The position numbers and the translations under genes were made by a program. Below, in pieces: positions 8,895 through 19,722 of a stretch of 64,000 bases of DNA. Every line of letters begins with the position of its first letter. Positions within the stretch are counted from its first letter, which is position 1. The notes beneath the pieces are model-generated. The model was not told where the DNA came from, made no database searches, and saw nothing but the letters and a program-made list of their open reading frames with translations. This DNA comes from a virus: positions 32,001 through 96,000 of the IMG/VR virus record IMGVR_UViG_3300023184_000039, one strand, 5' to 3'.

Positions 8895-11548
8895 TATTTT
8901 CCCTCAATAACCAAAGTTGACAAAAGTAAATTTGATGTGTTATTGGTACAAGGAACTTTTGCACAAATACGTGGTGGCGGGCACGATTTCTTGGTACACG
9001 GGGTTATTGGACGCATATAAACAATGTTTGCATTCTCTATGGGAATTTCCTGAAGTGTTATTGAGCAGGTTGCTCGAGATATCTTTGACCCAAGATTTTT
9101 GGACTCATCAGTTCTTTGTATTGATGTTATAGAAAAATCGTTGATGACAAACTCAACCCCACGTCCTTTCGTGAACAAAGGGTATCGCAGTTCTTTTGAC
9201 ATTATTTCGTCCATGTTCAAAAACGAAACAGGGTATGGGGCTAATGCCATTTTGCGAAGCACATTTAACTGTTCGTCAACGGGATAATCCATACCAAACC
9301 CCTCACTCCCTCGTGAAATAGTTGTATCAACAACATCAAAATTAAATGAGATTTTTAACAATTGGTAAGATTGCCAATCAACTATAGGAAAATTTCCGGC
9401 TCGCGCTACCTCTGTCCATGTTGAACCAAGACCAGAGTATTGAACTTCTCTTGGTGTAAACGGAAACTCGTAAATTAGCGGGTCAATTTCAACCTGTTTT
9501 GATACCGACTGTCTTCCGTCGGCAGAATAAACTGTGTCCGTATATCTGTACTGCTGGACCAATTGGGGCCTTGTTGACCGACCAGCGGGTGGGGGCATAT
9601 ACCCAATAAGTCCGCGGGTAATTGTAATTTTTTGAGTTGCTTTTTGATTTGACTTACTGTCAGCTGGTAATTGGGTATTTCCATTTCCATTTGTTCCGCT
9701 ATTCGTACCGCTTGCTACGGGTTTGGCCATAGTTGTGATGAGTGCATTCTTCATAATCTCATCAACCCTTTTTTTTGCTTCTGGAAGAGGGGTTCCTTTT
9801 GCGACTAGGTCTGCAACACGCGCTTTGTTTATTGATAGTATTAATTGCTGTTTTGTTAAATCCCAATTTTGACCTAGGTCTTTTGTAAGGGTTACCAGTA
9901 CATTTTTTGCAAATGCTCCAGTTTGTCTTTCGTCCCATAATAGTGCTGTTGCATTAGCGATGGTTAGTCGAACACCGGGACCTAAACCAAACGGGTCATA
10001 TGTTAAGGGGTCTTGTGTAACATCTGGCTCGGGTGGATTTGAACCACCAATGGTCGTGGTCTGTTGTTGAGACCCAGTAGAACTTGCAAACGGTTGCCAG
10101 GAAGAATCGGGTATTCCATTTAGTCCAATCGGGTTGAATTGAATGTCTTGTGCAATATTTACGCTGTCATACAGGTAAATTTTTCCACTAACTGATGCAA
10201 CGCGAGCTTTTGCATAAACATCAACAATGTCATTAATATAAGTTGCCCATGCTGTTGCTTTTGCTGAATCTTCAAAAATACCCAAATGCTGCCCTTTTCC
10301 AAAAATGACACCAGTGGTGGGTCCATTGAACCTAGTCATTGCTTGGTCAAAAGTTTGGTCGGTAAAATTTGATTTGGTTATTACGGAACCAGGATGACTA
10401 GATGGTTCGGAAACACTTGATGTTGTAAAAACACCAGGAAGAACAATATATTTTCCTTGCAAATATGCAAAATGACCAGCATTGCCACTAGTCATCAATC
10501 CTGCACGGGCATCAATCTTATAAGTTGTGCCGTTATCTTTATAGAAACCATTAGCCAATTTAGCAATGGCATAATAATTATTACTGTTAGTGTCGCTAAC
10601 TGTGACAGGAGAATAATTAATAGGTCCTTCGGGGGGAGATGGAAATGATGATGCCGCCATCCAATTTTGGATGCGTTCGTTATCAGTTTTTTCAACCGAT
10701 ATGGGCGTATCTTTTCCAGCAAATCTAATATAAAATCCTGACCAATACTGTGATGAATTATCTGCAACCAAATTGCCTCGGGTTACTGCCTTCTTGTTTG
10801 GTCCCATTATTGGAAGATTGGAAGAATACAGCGTATATGGAATTGATTTGTTTTTGTCGTAAACCAACAATGGGTCTACGGCATAAGTGGAAACTTCCTT
10901 ACCACCCACAATAGCAACGGCTGGTTCAAGACTTTTTGCACTACCAGAGACAACTACTGGGGAGCTGGAGTCATCTTTCCAGTAATATCCATATTGTTCA
11001 TCAGAGGATATTAGGTAACCATTTCCCGTTGACCCTAGTTCGGTATCACCAACAGCAACTTTATCCGACAACCATAGGAACGAGGTGGGTGACCCAGATG
11101 TATTCACACTTTTTGTAATCCACAAAATTCCTTTTTCTAATGAACTGCTATTTGCAAAAGTGGTAGACAGGGATGTTCCACGTCCAGAATTGGCATGCAC
11201 AATAAGTGAATCGTTTTTTTTCTCTTTGTATGCATAGTAATTAATTGGGTCAAGTTCCCTATACACATCAACCCAAAACGAACTTTGCGAAAGTACATTT
11301 GAAGTGCCAGCCGCAACAACTGTTTGTATAATTTTCTTTTTAAATCCAATTGCCTGAAGGGTGAGTGGCAAGCGACTTGCATCAAGCCCCCATTTTTCGG
11401 TATATGGAGACGTGTATGTTCCGTGAATTCTGGTATTTCCACCATTAATTGAAAGAATGGGTTGGCCTGATAGTGATGGTATTGCAAGTTGAAAAACACT
11501 TCCCTTCATTGGCATGTTGTAACCAGTTGATGGGATTGGGGAAGTCAT
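8894..11548 (-). CDS. large tail protein with C-terminal tube-initiator-like domain
   Basis: Directly downstream of the tape measure; C-terminal FPFTPREVQYS...RATCSITLQE resembles gpU/CIS-tube-like domains; long N-terminal part not recognised. Confidence 0.5.
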   Translation of the reverse strand: MTSPIPSTGYNMPMKGSVFQLAIPSLSGQPILSINGGNTRIHGTYTSPYTEKWGLDASRLPLTLQAIGFKKKIIQTVVAAGTSNVLSQSSFWVDVYRELDPINYYAYKEKKNDSLIVHANSGRGTSLSTTFANSSSLEKGILWITKSVNTSGSPTSFLWLSDKVAVGDTELGSTGNGYLISSDEQYGYYWKDDSSSPVVVSGSAKSLEPAVAIVGGKEVSTYAVDPLLVYDKNKSIPYTLYSSNLPIMGPNKKAVTRGNLVADNSSQYWSGFYIRFAGKDTPISVEKTDNERIQNWMAASSFPSPPEGPINYSPVTVSDTNSNNYYAIAKLANGFYKDNGTTYKIDARAGLMTSGNAGHFAYLQGKYIVLPGVFTTSSVSEPSSHPGSVITKSNFTDQTFDQAMTRFNGPTTGVIFGKGQHLGIFEDSAKATAWATYINDIVDVYAKARVASVSGKIYLYDSVNIAQDIQFNPIGLNGIPDSSWQPFASSTGSQQQTTTIGGSNPPEPDVTQDPLTYDPFGLGPGVRLTIANATALLWDERQTGAFAKNVLVTLTKDLGQNWDLTKQQLILSINKARVADLVAKGTPLPEAKKRVDEIMKNALITTMAKPVASGTNSGTNGNGNTQLPADSKSNQKATQKITITRGLIGYMPPPAGRSTRPQLVQQYRYTDTVYSADGRQSVSKQVEIDPLIYEFPFTPREVQYSGLGSTWTEVARAGNFPIVDWQSYQLLKISFNFDVVDTTISRGSEGFGMDYPVDEQLNVLRKMALAPYPVSFLNMDEIMSKELRYPLFTKGRGVEFVINDFSITSIQRTDESKNLGSKISRATCSITLQEIPIENANIVYMRPITPCTKKSCPPPRICAKVPCTNNTSNLLLSTLVIEGK

Positions 11549-11550
11549 GA

Positions 11551-14500
11551 CTACGACCTCTGTCTTTCGTTATTGTTCATATCTTTTATCTTCCTCACAA
11601 CCATGCTGGCAATTTCTTGAACATTTGCATTTGCTCCACTGACATTTACTGTGTAGCTATTTGATATTGATGTTCCACCACCGCCACTGGTTCGTGCTGC
11701 CCCAAATGAAATTGGGGACATTGTGTCACCAATAGCACCACTACCGGGTCCAGGAACAACATGGAGATGCCTGTCGCCACCTCTGCCGTGAAACTCGGCA
11801 AACCCACCACCGTCACGAACAAGACCCGCATATGCCCCCAGTTGCTGTCCTGTAAGGTCATAGGCGCGACCCATTACATGGTCAGAACTCGGTGAACCAA
11901 GACCAGTTGTTCTAAATGCCGATGTCATGGTTCGTGAACCACCAAGTTGTGAGTTAATACTTGCATGCCTAGCCATCGTTGTTTCAAGACGAGACGATGT
12001 TGTGTCGCCGATTCCCTTGCCACGAGGGCTTGATGTATCTCCGTGTAGTTTGTCAATAAGTTTTTGAAATGCTTCTGTAGTAAACCATTCTGGACCCTGT
12101 TTATCGCTTGCAAAAAATGCACTGAAGTCTGCGGTAAAATCTTTGAGTGCCGTTGCCATGTCGCCAGTAGAACCTTTTATATCCTCAAGGTTTGTTATCA
12201 TTTGTTCGTCAGTGGCCACTCGTTGTAACCCGACATCAGCGGGCTGAAGTCCATAGGAACTCAATGCCTTGGTTACCGCATCCTGATTAGACATATCCAC
12301 ACCCTGAAACATTGTTCCTTGCTCAATTGCTGAATTTAGGGCTTTTGCATTTGCCTGTTGGGATGCATCACCATTGCTCATTTGTATGAGTTTTGAACTC
12401 ATTAAATCAGCATTTACGCTATAACGATTACCCGCTTTTCCGTTACCTGCCAAAAGGGTATTATTAAGGTTACTTGCGGTTATTGCAGTTGCCCCTTTTG
12501 TTGCATCATCTAGGTACTTGGTAAGTACTTGACCTGCACTTGTTGGAGCAGCATCTGTTCCATAAATTTTTTCCTGCTGACCGTATAGGTAACCCTTCAC
12601 ACCAGTCTTTGCGTCTATTTGTGAAAATGCCGACCCACCCTTGCCAAACATTGATTTTGCACTTAGTATTCCATTAAAGCCTCCACCAGCAAGGGTTGCA
12701 ATATCCGGAATGGCACTTTTGAAAAATTCAAGTATGTCTTTGTCCTTAATACCTGCTGTTGCATTAAGTTTTGAATTAAAAACCGCTCCTTTTTCATCAA
12801 GTATTTGCGGTGCTTCAATATTGTTAATAGCTTTATCAAAGACATCCAAATTATTAACAAGGTTGTCAATTTGCATTCCCTGCATTTGTGCAGTTGTTTT
12901 TACTGCAGCAATACCGAGCCCATCAATAACATCGGTAAAACTTTTCATTGGGTCCATGAGGTTGAAGTCCATGCTTCTGGCAAGATTTTCAACCCCCATT
13001 TCTGACAACCCAGTAATTTTTGTTAATTCCTTAAGCCTCTTTTTATATTGGTCGTCCATCGCACGATTTGCTCGATTTTCAGGACTGTTCATATCCCCCA
13101 ATTTTCCAAGGAATACATCTTTTTGTTTTAATGCATTCTTGTAGTCATCCTCGGTCATTCCTTGTGTGCCATTGCCTTGTTTGTTCTTGTACAAATCTGT
13201 AATAAATTTTGTTTTTTCATCCGTTGTTGCAAATTGTAAAGAGTTTGCCCTATTGGCAAGTTCTTGCTGAGATGCTTGAGTGTTGCTCAAAACATCCTTG
13301 ATTGAGGATTGACCAATCCCATTTTGATTTGCAATTTTTACTCCAGCGATTTTCATCTGTTTTGAATAAACATCTTTGGTGATGTCGGATACGGCTTTTC
13401 TTGCACCGGTTTTCTCATTATTAATTCTGTTGAAATACCCCTTAACCCCACCAGCAATTGCTCCAACGACTGTTCCGATGGCCGTTCCAATACCAGGGGC
13501 AATCATTGTTCCGATTGCCGCACCAGCAGCAGCACCCAAAACGGCACCACCTTTACCGGTTTTTGAATTCAATGCAGCGCCGCCAAATCCAATACCAAGT
13601 CCGAGCAGTGGGTTTGTTGATGCAAGCCCTGCACCCAAAGCCATTGAACCCTGTGCCGATTCGTCCATTTTTGAACTAAGCAAACCCATTCCGAGTGAGG
13701 TTCCGATTCCAGCGGTTGCACTGTTGTTGAAACCCCTTTTGGTTTTTGAGCCAAATATATTTTGACCCATTCTGCTTTGCCGTGAATTTCTAAAACCGGC
13801 TTTCATGTTGGTAATTCCTCTACCAAGTTTTGTCCTATTTACTGGACCCTGATTATCTGGGTCACCAGATTGGGCAGAAAAATAATTGTTATACATCCCA
13901 CCTTGGTAAAATCTATTAACTCTTTTACCAATAAATCCCTTTGGATTAAAAACGCTTGAGGTCGTATTATTGACCCTTAACCTAAATCCTGCATTATCAC
14001 TTGTTCCGTCACTGCCTACTGTTGGGTCAATGTAATTTCTATTACGCATTAGCCTCTGGGTGTATCGTGTTCCAGCCCCTTGCAGTCCTTGACCAAATCT
14101 AGTATCTCTTATTTTTCTATCGTAGAAATTCTTAAACCCAGTATCACCCTGAAATCCAGATTCGCCGTGTCTTTGTGATTCGCCAAAAAATCTAGACACA
14201 CTTTCTCGTCGGGAAATTATTCTTCCGTTAGCCGTTAGGGTCTTTCTTCCATTTACTGGGTTAACTCTTGATTCCTTGGGAACAAACACGCCAGTGCTTG
14301 GCCCGGTTGTTTTTTCACCATTTACCGTGATTGGGTCAGCAAGGTCTCTTGCGGTGTAATTTACTTTTCTCCCCTTGTAGTAGAAATCGTCTCCACGTTT
14401 TCTTCCAGTTTTTGCTTCGTGTGCAGAAAGTGCTGCTTCTTTTTCTGCAGCAATATCTGCTGCGGAACCCCTATGTTTCCAATCCTTTAGGGCATCACCC

Positions 14501-16464
14501 CTATCTTTTCTTCCAAGTTCAGAGCCAGAACCAAGCGCTTCCCGTGTTGCTTCTGATTCCAAAAATGATTCAGATGCCGTTGTGGTTGAGTCGTAGGCAC
14601 TAAGTGGTTTGGTGGTGGTCAGGGTATTTTTGTTTTTCTCTATAATTAATCCTGGGGCATTAGGGTCGCCATAGTGTGCAATACCTTTTCCGTCAATGGT
14701 GACGACCCCAGCGGTAACTGACATATTTGCGGTCTCTCGAATACCGTTTGCATTTTGTTCTTGAATCCATCCACCCTTATGGTTTGCTAATCCACGACCA
14801 GCACCAAAGAGCGCACTAAACAAACCAAAAGAACCCATTCCTGAGCCAGCACCACCAATACCTTTTGTGAATTTCTGAACAAATCCAACAAGGCTCGTGA
14901 ACTGTTCAACCAAAACTGTTACACCAGCAATTACTTTGTTTATAAATGGAAGTGCTTGGAAGAATACTTTACGTACCTCGCCACCGTATTCCATAACCTT
15001 TCCAATCAAAACTCCAACCTTCGTACCAAATTCCTCTACGGCTGGTTTCATGTCAAGAAGTTCTTGTCTGAAAGAACCAAACTTTTCTTTTAATTGCGCC
15101 CATATTGGTGAAAAAACATTTTTGAGCATCTGCTCAATAACCCTTGCTCCGTCAATCATCGGTTTTATTTCATCCATTACATTTTTAAAACCCATTTTGA
15201 ACGAGTGCCACCAGTCGCCCATTTTTTTGAACATTCCGATTGTTCCAGGTAGGTAGTTCCTCATTAACCCTACAAAAAAATTGGAAATCTTGTCAACAAC
15301 AACGGAAATCTTGTCAATAAAACCCCCGTTTTGACCAAACCCCATAATTTGTCCCTGCATTCTTAAAATTGTCTTTGAAACAATCTTAAAAACTTGGTCT
15401 AATTCTTTTTTGACGGGAGCCAAGAACGATTGACCAAAATCACCAAATTGCATTTTTAGGCGATTGAAATAGCCTTTAGCCATATTTAGCAATGTTCCAT
15501 TGACTGCCTCAAACTGACCAGTCACACCGCCCAACTCGGCAAGGTGTCCAGACGTGATTGCATTCATTAGGGCTTCTTTACCCTTTTTTCCCGTACCAAG
15601 CTTTTTGTTTTCAAGATTAAATTTACGCATGGCTTCCACCATTGCTGGACCCATTGCTTTTGCTGCCGAACTTATTGAACCAAAAGTTGAACCAGCTTGC
15701 CCACCAGCTTGTTTGACTCTTGTCAATTCCCCAACCAGTGTTGCTGCAGCCTTTGAACCAGCCTTTATGTCCTGGCCAGCGGCAGCAAAATCCATCAAAC
15801 CTTTAAAAAGATTTGAACTATTAGCATCAAATTTTTTAGACTTATTATATATTTCTCCATACGCAGCACCAAGTTCATTCGCTCCAAGAACTGCTAGGTC
15901 GGTATCGCCAGTAAGTAGTCGCATATTTACGCGAGCACTATTCAGATTGGTTTTAAATTCTGTTCTTTGTGCAAAAGCACTTGTATATGCATACATCGCC
16001 GCCTGTTGTTCCCTCATGGCCGCGGCGGCGGTTCCGAGTGCAATGACTAGCCCAGCGACACCCCCAGCGGCCATATGCATGGTTCCCCTGTATGCCTTCA
16101 TAATAAACCCACCAGCAGCAAATGCCGCATGAGCCGCAAGCATCGCAGCAGATAGACCAGCAATCTCAAGTGCTGCCATCTTGGCGCTTGTGGCAACAAA
16201 CTTAATTAAACTTTTTCCGTAACCAACAATCATTTTGTCTACGCTGTCAAAATGATGTTTCCATTTTCGGCTTGTATTTGTTATTAATTTGCTTTCTTCT
16301 TTTCCGTAGTCCTCAAGTTTTGTTGACCTGCTTGCTAGTGCTTTTTCATTCCGACTATGATTTGTCCCCTCGGTTTTTCCCATTGCCTTGAGTTTGGCGG
16401 TGGTTTTGTCAATAGCAGAATCATCTGAGACAACTTTTATTTTTATTAATACATCTTCAGACAT
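11551..16464 (-). CDS. tape measure protein with C-terminal M15-like peptidase domain
   Basis: 1637 aa, Ala/Gly-rich helical protein after the chaperone genes; C-terminal SAFR...SDHVMGRAYDL...HLHV zinc-peptidase motif. Confidence 0.85.
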   Translation of the reverse strand: MSEDVLIKIKVVSDDSAIDKTTAKLKAMGKTEGTNHSRNEKALASRSTKLEDYGKEESKLITNTSRKWKHHFDSVDKMIVGYGKSLIKFVATSAKMAALEIAGLSAAMLAAHAAFAAGGFIMKAYRGTMHMAAGGVAGLVIALGTAAAAMREQQAAMYAYTSAFAQRTEFKTNLNSARVNMRLLTGDTDLAVLGANELGAAYGEIYNKSKKFDANSSNLFKGLMDFAAAGQDIKAGSKAAATLVGELTRVKQAGGQAGSTFGSISSAAKAMGPAMVEAMRKFNLENKKLGTGKKGKEALMNAITSGHLAELGGVTGQFEAVNGTLLNMAKGYFNRLKMQFGDFGQSFLAPVKKELDQVFKIVSKTILRMQGQIMGFGQNGGFIDKISVVVDKISNFFVGLMRNYLPGTIGMFKKMGDWWHSFKMGFKNVMDEIKPMIDGARVIEQMLKNVFSPIWAQLKEKFGSFRQELLDMKPAVEEFGTKVGVLIGKVMEYGGEVRKVFFQALPFINKVIAGVTVLVEQFTSLVGFVQKFTKGIGGAGSGMGSFGLFSALFGAGRGLANHKGGWIQEQNANGIRETANMSVTAGVVTIDGKGIAHYGDPNAPGLIIEKNKNTLTTTKPLSAYDSTTTASESFLESEATREALGSGSELGRKDRGDALKDWKHRGSAADIAAEKEAALSAHEAKTGRKRGDDFYYKGRKVNYTARDLADPITVNGEKTTGPSTGVFVPKESRVNPVNGRKTLTANGRIISRRESVSRFFGESQRHGESGFQGDTGFKNFYDRKIRDTRFGQGLQGAGTRYTQRLMRNRNYIDPTVGSDGTSDNAGFRLRVNNTTSSVFNPKGFIGKRVNRFYQGGMYNNYFSAQSGDPDNQGPVNRTKLGRGITNMKAGFRNSRQSRMGQNIFGSKTKRGFNNSATAGIGTSLGMGLLSSKMDESAQGSMALGAGLASTNPLLGLGIGFGGAALNSKTGKGGAVLGAAAGAAIGTMIAPGIGTAIGTVVGAIAGGVKGYFNRINNEKTGARKAVSDITKDVYSKQMKIAGVKIANQNGIGQSSIKDVLSNTQASQQELANRANSLQFATTDEKTKFITDLYKNKQGNGTQGMTEDDYKNALKQKDVFLGKLGDMNSPENRANRAMDDQYKKRLKELTKITGLSEMGVENLARSMDFNLMDPMKSFTDVIDGLGIAAVKTTAQMQGMQIDNLVNNLDVFDKAINNIEAPQILDEKGAVFNSKLNATAGIKDKDILEFFKSAIPDIATLAGGGFNGILSAKSMFGKGGSAFSQIDAKTGVKGYLYGQQEKIYGTDAAPTSAGQVLTKYLDDATKGATAITASNLNNTLLAGNGKAGNRYSVNADLMSSKLIQMSNGDASQQANAKALNSAIEQGTMFQGVDMSNQDAVTKALSSYGLQPADVGLQRVATDEQMITNLEDIKGSTGDMATALKDFTADFSAFFASDKQGPEWFTTEAFQKLIDKLHGDTSSPRGKGIGDTTSSRLETTMARHASINSQLGGSRTMTSAFRTTGLGSPSSDHVMGRAYDLTGQQLGAYAGLVRDGGGFAEFHGRGGDRHLHVVPGPGSGAIGDTMSPISFGAARTSGGGGTSISNSYTVNVSGANANVQEIASMVVRKIKDMNNNERQRS

Positions 16465-16507
16465 TTACAACCCCATTGGAAAGGAAGACCAGCAATAAAG
16501 TTCTAAA

Positions 16508-16702
16508 TTAGGCTTTTTTTGCTTCAGCCTCGCGGTCGTTCTGTATAACTTTACCACAAGCAAGCCGTATCATCCACTCGTCTTCAGTGCAGTTAAGTAA
16601 CTGAATGGGGTCTGTGCCGAACAATTCTCCCAACCGAGCAGCCGCAACCACTCGGTTGTCGTCAACTAGTTCGTCGAAGACCCCTTCGAGGGGTCCGTTG
16701 CC
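16508..16702 (-). CDS. tail assembly chaperone frameshift extension (G-T type), -1 frame
   Basis: Open -1 frame overlapping the chaperone end: ...VFDELVDDNRVVAAARLGELFGTDPIQLLNCTEDEWMIRLACGKVIQNDREAEAKKA*; canonical position between chaperone and tape measure. Confidence 0.65.
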   Translation of the reverse strand, partial: GNGPLEGVFDELVDDNRVVAAARLGELFGTDPIQLLNCTEDEWMIRLACGKVIQNDREAEAKKA

Positions 16703-17220
16703 TCAATTGTGTCTGAATATCCAGACGCGTCAAGAATTGCAAGTGCTGCTGATTCAACGTGTGGGTCAAGAGCAAAGAACGAACGAACCGCATCTGGAAT
16801 TGGTCTTGTTTGGCTTGTCATTGACAAAACAGCAGGTGATGCAAAATTTAATTCGTAACCGTCTTCATCATAGACTTCTGTATCGTCAAAAATGATTCCT
16901 TGTGTTGTATTTCCGATTACCCATGCTGCGAATTTTGTTGCATCCATTCCAGCGCGAGTGTCATCGCCAGCGCTTTTACGCCAGTTCTTAATCTGCTGCT
17001 GGGTGATATTTGGGCTGATTCGCAGTTTTACACCCTTGCGCTCTGGGACATCAATGTAGACATCTGGGCGAGAAACTTTTTCCCTAATGGTTGCGGTCAG
17101 TTTTCCAAGAACGGTGGGTTCTAAATCAGCGGCAGTTTTTGCCTTTTGTGCAATGCTCTTTGATTCCTTTGGTTCTACTGGAACCACGGGTGTATCTTCT
17201 GAGTAAATTTCATTTGCCAT
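16666..17220 (-). CDS. tail assembly chaperone
   Basis: 184 aa between tube and tape measure; overlaps the -1 frame ORF. Confidence 0.7.
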   Translation of the reverse strand: MANEIYSEDTPVVPVEPKESKSIAQKAKTAADLEPTVLGKLTATIREKVSRPDVYIDVPERKGVKLRISPNITQQQIKNWRKSAGDDTRAGMDATKFAAWVIGNTTQGIIFDDTEVYDEDGYELNFASPAVLSMTSQTRPIPDAVRSFFALDPHVESAALAILDASGYSDTIEATDPSKGSSTN

Positions 17221-17256
17221 TAGGGTTATTCCTTTGTTGTTGGGTGACTATGCACG

Positions 17257-17291
17257 AAACTAGCACGATACATACACCATTCAGGGGAACT
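17257..17291 (-). promoter_or_regulatory. candidate late promoter AGTTCCCCT-N20-TAGTTT
   Basis: Same motif and exact 20-nt spacing as four other sites; upstream of the chaperone gene. Confidence 0.6.
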
Positions 17292-17324
17292 CCCTATATA
17301 ACAAAACCCTACAATTAAGGGGTA

Positions 17325-17810
17325 TTAGGCGTTTGCGCCACCTGGTGCAGTTGGAGGACTCACATCACTGATTGAGAATGTAAGAGCAAATGTTGCTGGG
17401 GCACCAGAAGATGAATCACCATCTGGTTCAGTCAAACCAACAAGAAGGGCATTGCCGTAAACACGGTCGGTTCCCTTGACCTCAATATTGCAATCATAGG
17501 TCTTAATGTTGACATTGTAGAAGGCTGAGCCAACAAGCGGACGCAATTGACGAATCTTCCTTGCAAGACCATCACGACCGCCCTCGGCTGATTCAATGTC
17601 ATCGTAATGAGCAGTCAGGGTCACATCGCCAATTTCTGATGGAGCACAAAGCACCGTTGGTCTTTTTTGTCCACCCTCGTAAATTTTTTCAACAGACGCA
17701 GTAATTTCGCCACCAGAAACTTGAGCAAATCTAAATAACTCAAATTGTGGATGCGTTGTATCAACTGGTGCGATGTCGGCAAGAATTTGCCTTTGGGCTA
17801 CTTTGGCCAT
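17325..17810 (-). CDS. tail tube protein
   Basis: 161 aa immediately downstream of the sheath; FAQVSGGEITA...EGG...GDVTLT pattern. Confidence 0.8.
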   Translation of the reverse strand: MAKVAQRQILADIAPVDTTHPQFELFRFAQVSGGEITASVEKIYEGGQKRPTVLCAPSEIGDVTLTAHYDDIESAEGGRDGLARKIRQLRPLVGSAFYNVNIKTYDCNIEVKGTDRVYGNALLVGLTEPDGDSSSGAPATFALTFSISDVSPPTAPGGANA

Positions 17811-17829
17811 TTTGTTGCTCCTCTATTGC

Positions 17830-19299
17830 TTAGATTACTGATGTTGTCAGGTTGGACTTGATGATGTTTACTTCAATTTTGTCGCCAACACTGGAGACAC
17901 GAACACCAACTCTTGCCTTGACGAGTCCAGTTGCCAATTGTGACACTGGGTTTAGGGATGCATCGCACTTAACCGTGTACCCAAAGTCAATGCGCCTACC
18001 ATTGGCATCAAATGCCTCGTATAGGGCACCAGCAATGCGTGCTTGCTCAAGAACTGCAATGAGTTTTGCTTCAACACTGGCGAACGAATTGTTGCGACCG
18101 TCAATAGTCGAGAATACCACAGACTCCAATGCCTTGTAACCATCAACAACAATTCCGTTGACAATATCTTGTGCATTGATGTATCGGAAGTTACTGGAAT
18201 CTGGTGAGAGCGAACGTGCTCCATAGATTCTCACACTGTTTGAAATTACGCGAATGGCATTAACACATTCGTCGTCAAGTAGGTCTCCAGCAGTTTTGTC
18301 AATGTCGGTTACGACACCAGTAATAAAACGGGCAGTTGAATGCAAACCAGCATATGGTTGATGTGCACCCGTTGCATTTACCGCAGCCGAGCGCTTTCCA
18401 CAAGCATAACCATCTGGTGGAATGAGGCGATTCACGCCAGCAACCGATGTTGGTGCATATACCCATGGGTAGTACAATGCGGCATGCTCTGTGTTTGCAA
18501 CATCCGCTGTAATAGCACGAGCAAATGTTTTAATCGTAGAAATGCTTGCATCTGATGCTCCGTGAAGAATCGCAATACGATTAGTTGCATTTGCATGTGT
18601 GACAAGTGCGGTGTTTACTTCAGTACCCGTGCCATCTGGGCATGAAACTGCACCAGTTCCGAACGAGTCGTTGAAAAGGTCCAACGCAGTAGCAATTTGT
18701 GTTTGTGTGGAAGCAGAACCATTTGCACCAGTTGCTAGGGTTCGTGTTGCCGGTGCAGCGATAAGGGCGGCGCTTACACCGATGGTTGCAATGATGTACT
18801 TGCTTGCAACCAAGCTGGAGTTAATCTTGCCGACAATTTGCTCGTTTGTGTCGCAGTTGAATGTGTTGAACAACAGTGTTCCAGCATAATAAATTTTTGC
18901 AGTGACAGAACCAGTTTTTGTTCCAGCAGCAACAACACAAGAAAGGTCGTTGCCCCAAGTACCAGGGCCGTTTGCGGTAAGGGTAAAGGCAACGAGTGGA
19001 ACGCTGGGTGTCGCATCAAGAACCGTAATGGTTGCCGATACAGCAGACGTTTGAGCCGAACGAGCGATATAACATTGAGTGCCACCCTCTTCAAAAAATG
19101 CCTCAACCGTTGGATACATCATTGATGCTGATGTGTATGGGCCATAGATAGCCGAAAATTCCTCAAGGCTCGTTACGAGTCTTGCACCAGACACCGGACC
19201 ACGCGGACAAATCCCAGCAAAGAATGCCTGTGATGCTTCTCGTGCGGTCGGTGTTGACGGACCAGTTCTTACTGCAGTGTTGATTATTACGCCTGGCAT
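17830..19299 (-). CDS. contractile tail sheath protein
   Basis: MPGV N-terminus; RGP...LVTSLEEF, GPGTWGN, AALYYPW, PPDG and IYGARSL motifs. Confidence 0.93.
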   Translation of the reverse strand: MPGVIINTAVRTGPSTPTAREASQAFFAGICPRGPVSGARLVTSLEEFSAIYGPYTSASMMYPTVEAFFEEGGTQCYIARSAQTSAVSATITVLDATPSVPLVAFTLTANGPGTWGNDLSCVVAAGTKTGSVTAKIYYAGTLLFNTFNCDTNEQIVGKINSSLVASKYIIATIGVSAALIAAPATRTLATGANGSASTQTQIATALDLFNDSFGTGAVSCPDGTGTEVNTALVTHANATNRIAILHGASDASISTIKTFARAITADVANTEHAALYYPWVYAPTSVAGVNRLIPPDGYACGKRSAAVNATGAHQPYAGLHSTARFITGVVTDIDKTAGDLLDDECVNAIRVISNSVRIYGARSLSPDSSNFRYINAQDIVNGIVVDGYKALESVVFSTIDGRNNSFASVEAKLIAVLEQARIAGALYEAFDANGRRIDFGYTVKCDASLNPVSQLATGLVKARVGVRVSSVGDKIEVNIIKSNLTTSVI

Positions 19300-19308
19300 G
19301 ACACCTCG

Positions 19309-19722
19309 CTAGTTTTTCGTCAATGACGATTTTTCGTCATTGGTTTCAATAGATTGTACCCAATCTTTGGGTTGTGCTGGTGCAACTTCTACAAATTGAT
19401 TATCTGGCGATGCAATAACAGCTGATGGCTCATCCACTGCTGGATTATTGTCTTTTGCAACAACAGAACCCTTCTTCGTTTTTTCGCACTGAACAGATGA
19501 TGCATCAACCGAGGATGTGAGTATTCCACTCTCCAAAAACGGCTTTGTATAGATTGAGCAGCATAGGTCGTTGGCATCCATGAGGACAGAACCGTGTGCT
19601 GGTATGACATGACCCTCATCGCAGGCAGTGACCGAATGCTCTGAAATATTGTGCACGACGACGAGAGACTTGTCCGCACTTGGCGTTTGTCCCTTTTCAA
19701 ACCACTCAAATTTTTTGCACAT
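19309..19722 (-). CDS. hypothetical protein
   Basis: 137-aa ORF preceded by GAGG and an upstream TGTG-TATAAT. Confidence 0.55.
   Translation of the reverse strand: MCKKFEWFEKGQTPSADKSLVVVHNISEHSVTACDEGHVIPAHGSVLMDANDLCCSIYTKPFLESGILTSSVDASSVQCEKTKKGSVVAKDNNPAVDEPSAVIASPDNQFVEVAPAQPKDWVQSIETNDEKSSLTKN
19353..19387 (-). promoter_or_regulatory. candidate late promoter AGTTGCACC-N20-TACAAT (within upstream CDS)
   Basis: Motif and 20-nt spacing conserved; about 55 nt upstream of the sheath start. Confidence 0.6.

Noticed and set aside
14505-14545. EALGSGSELG in the tape measure as another LGSR-type site
   Set aside because: A single partial match in a Gly/Ser-rich protein outside the head module; expected by chance.
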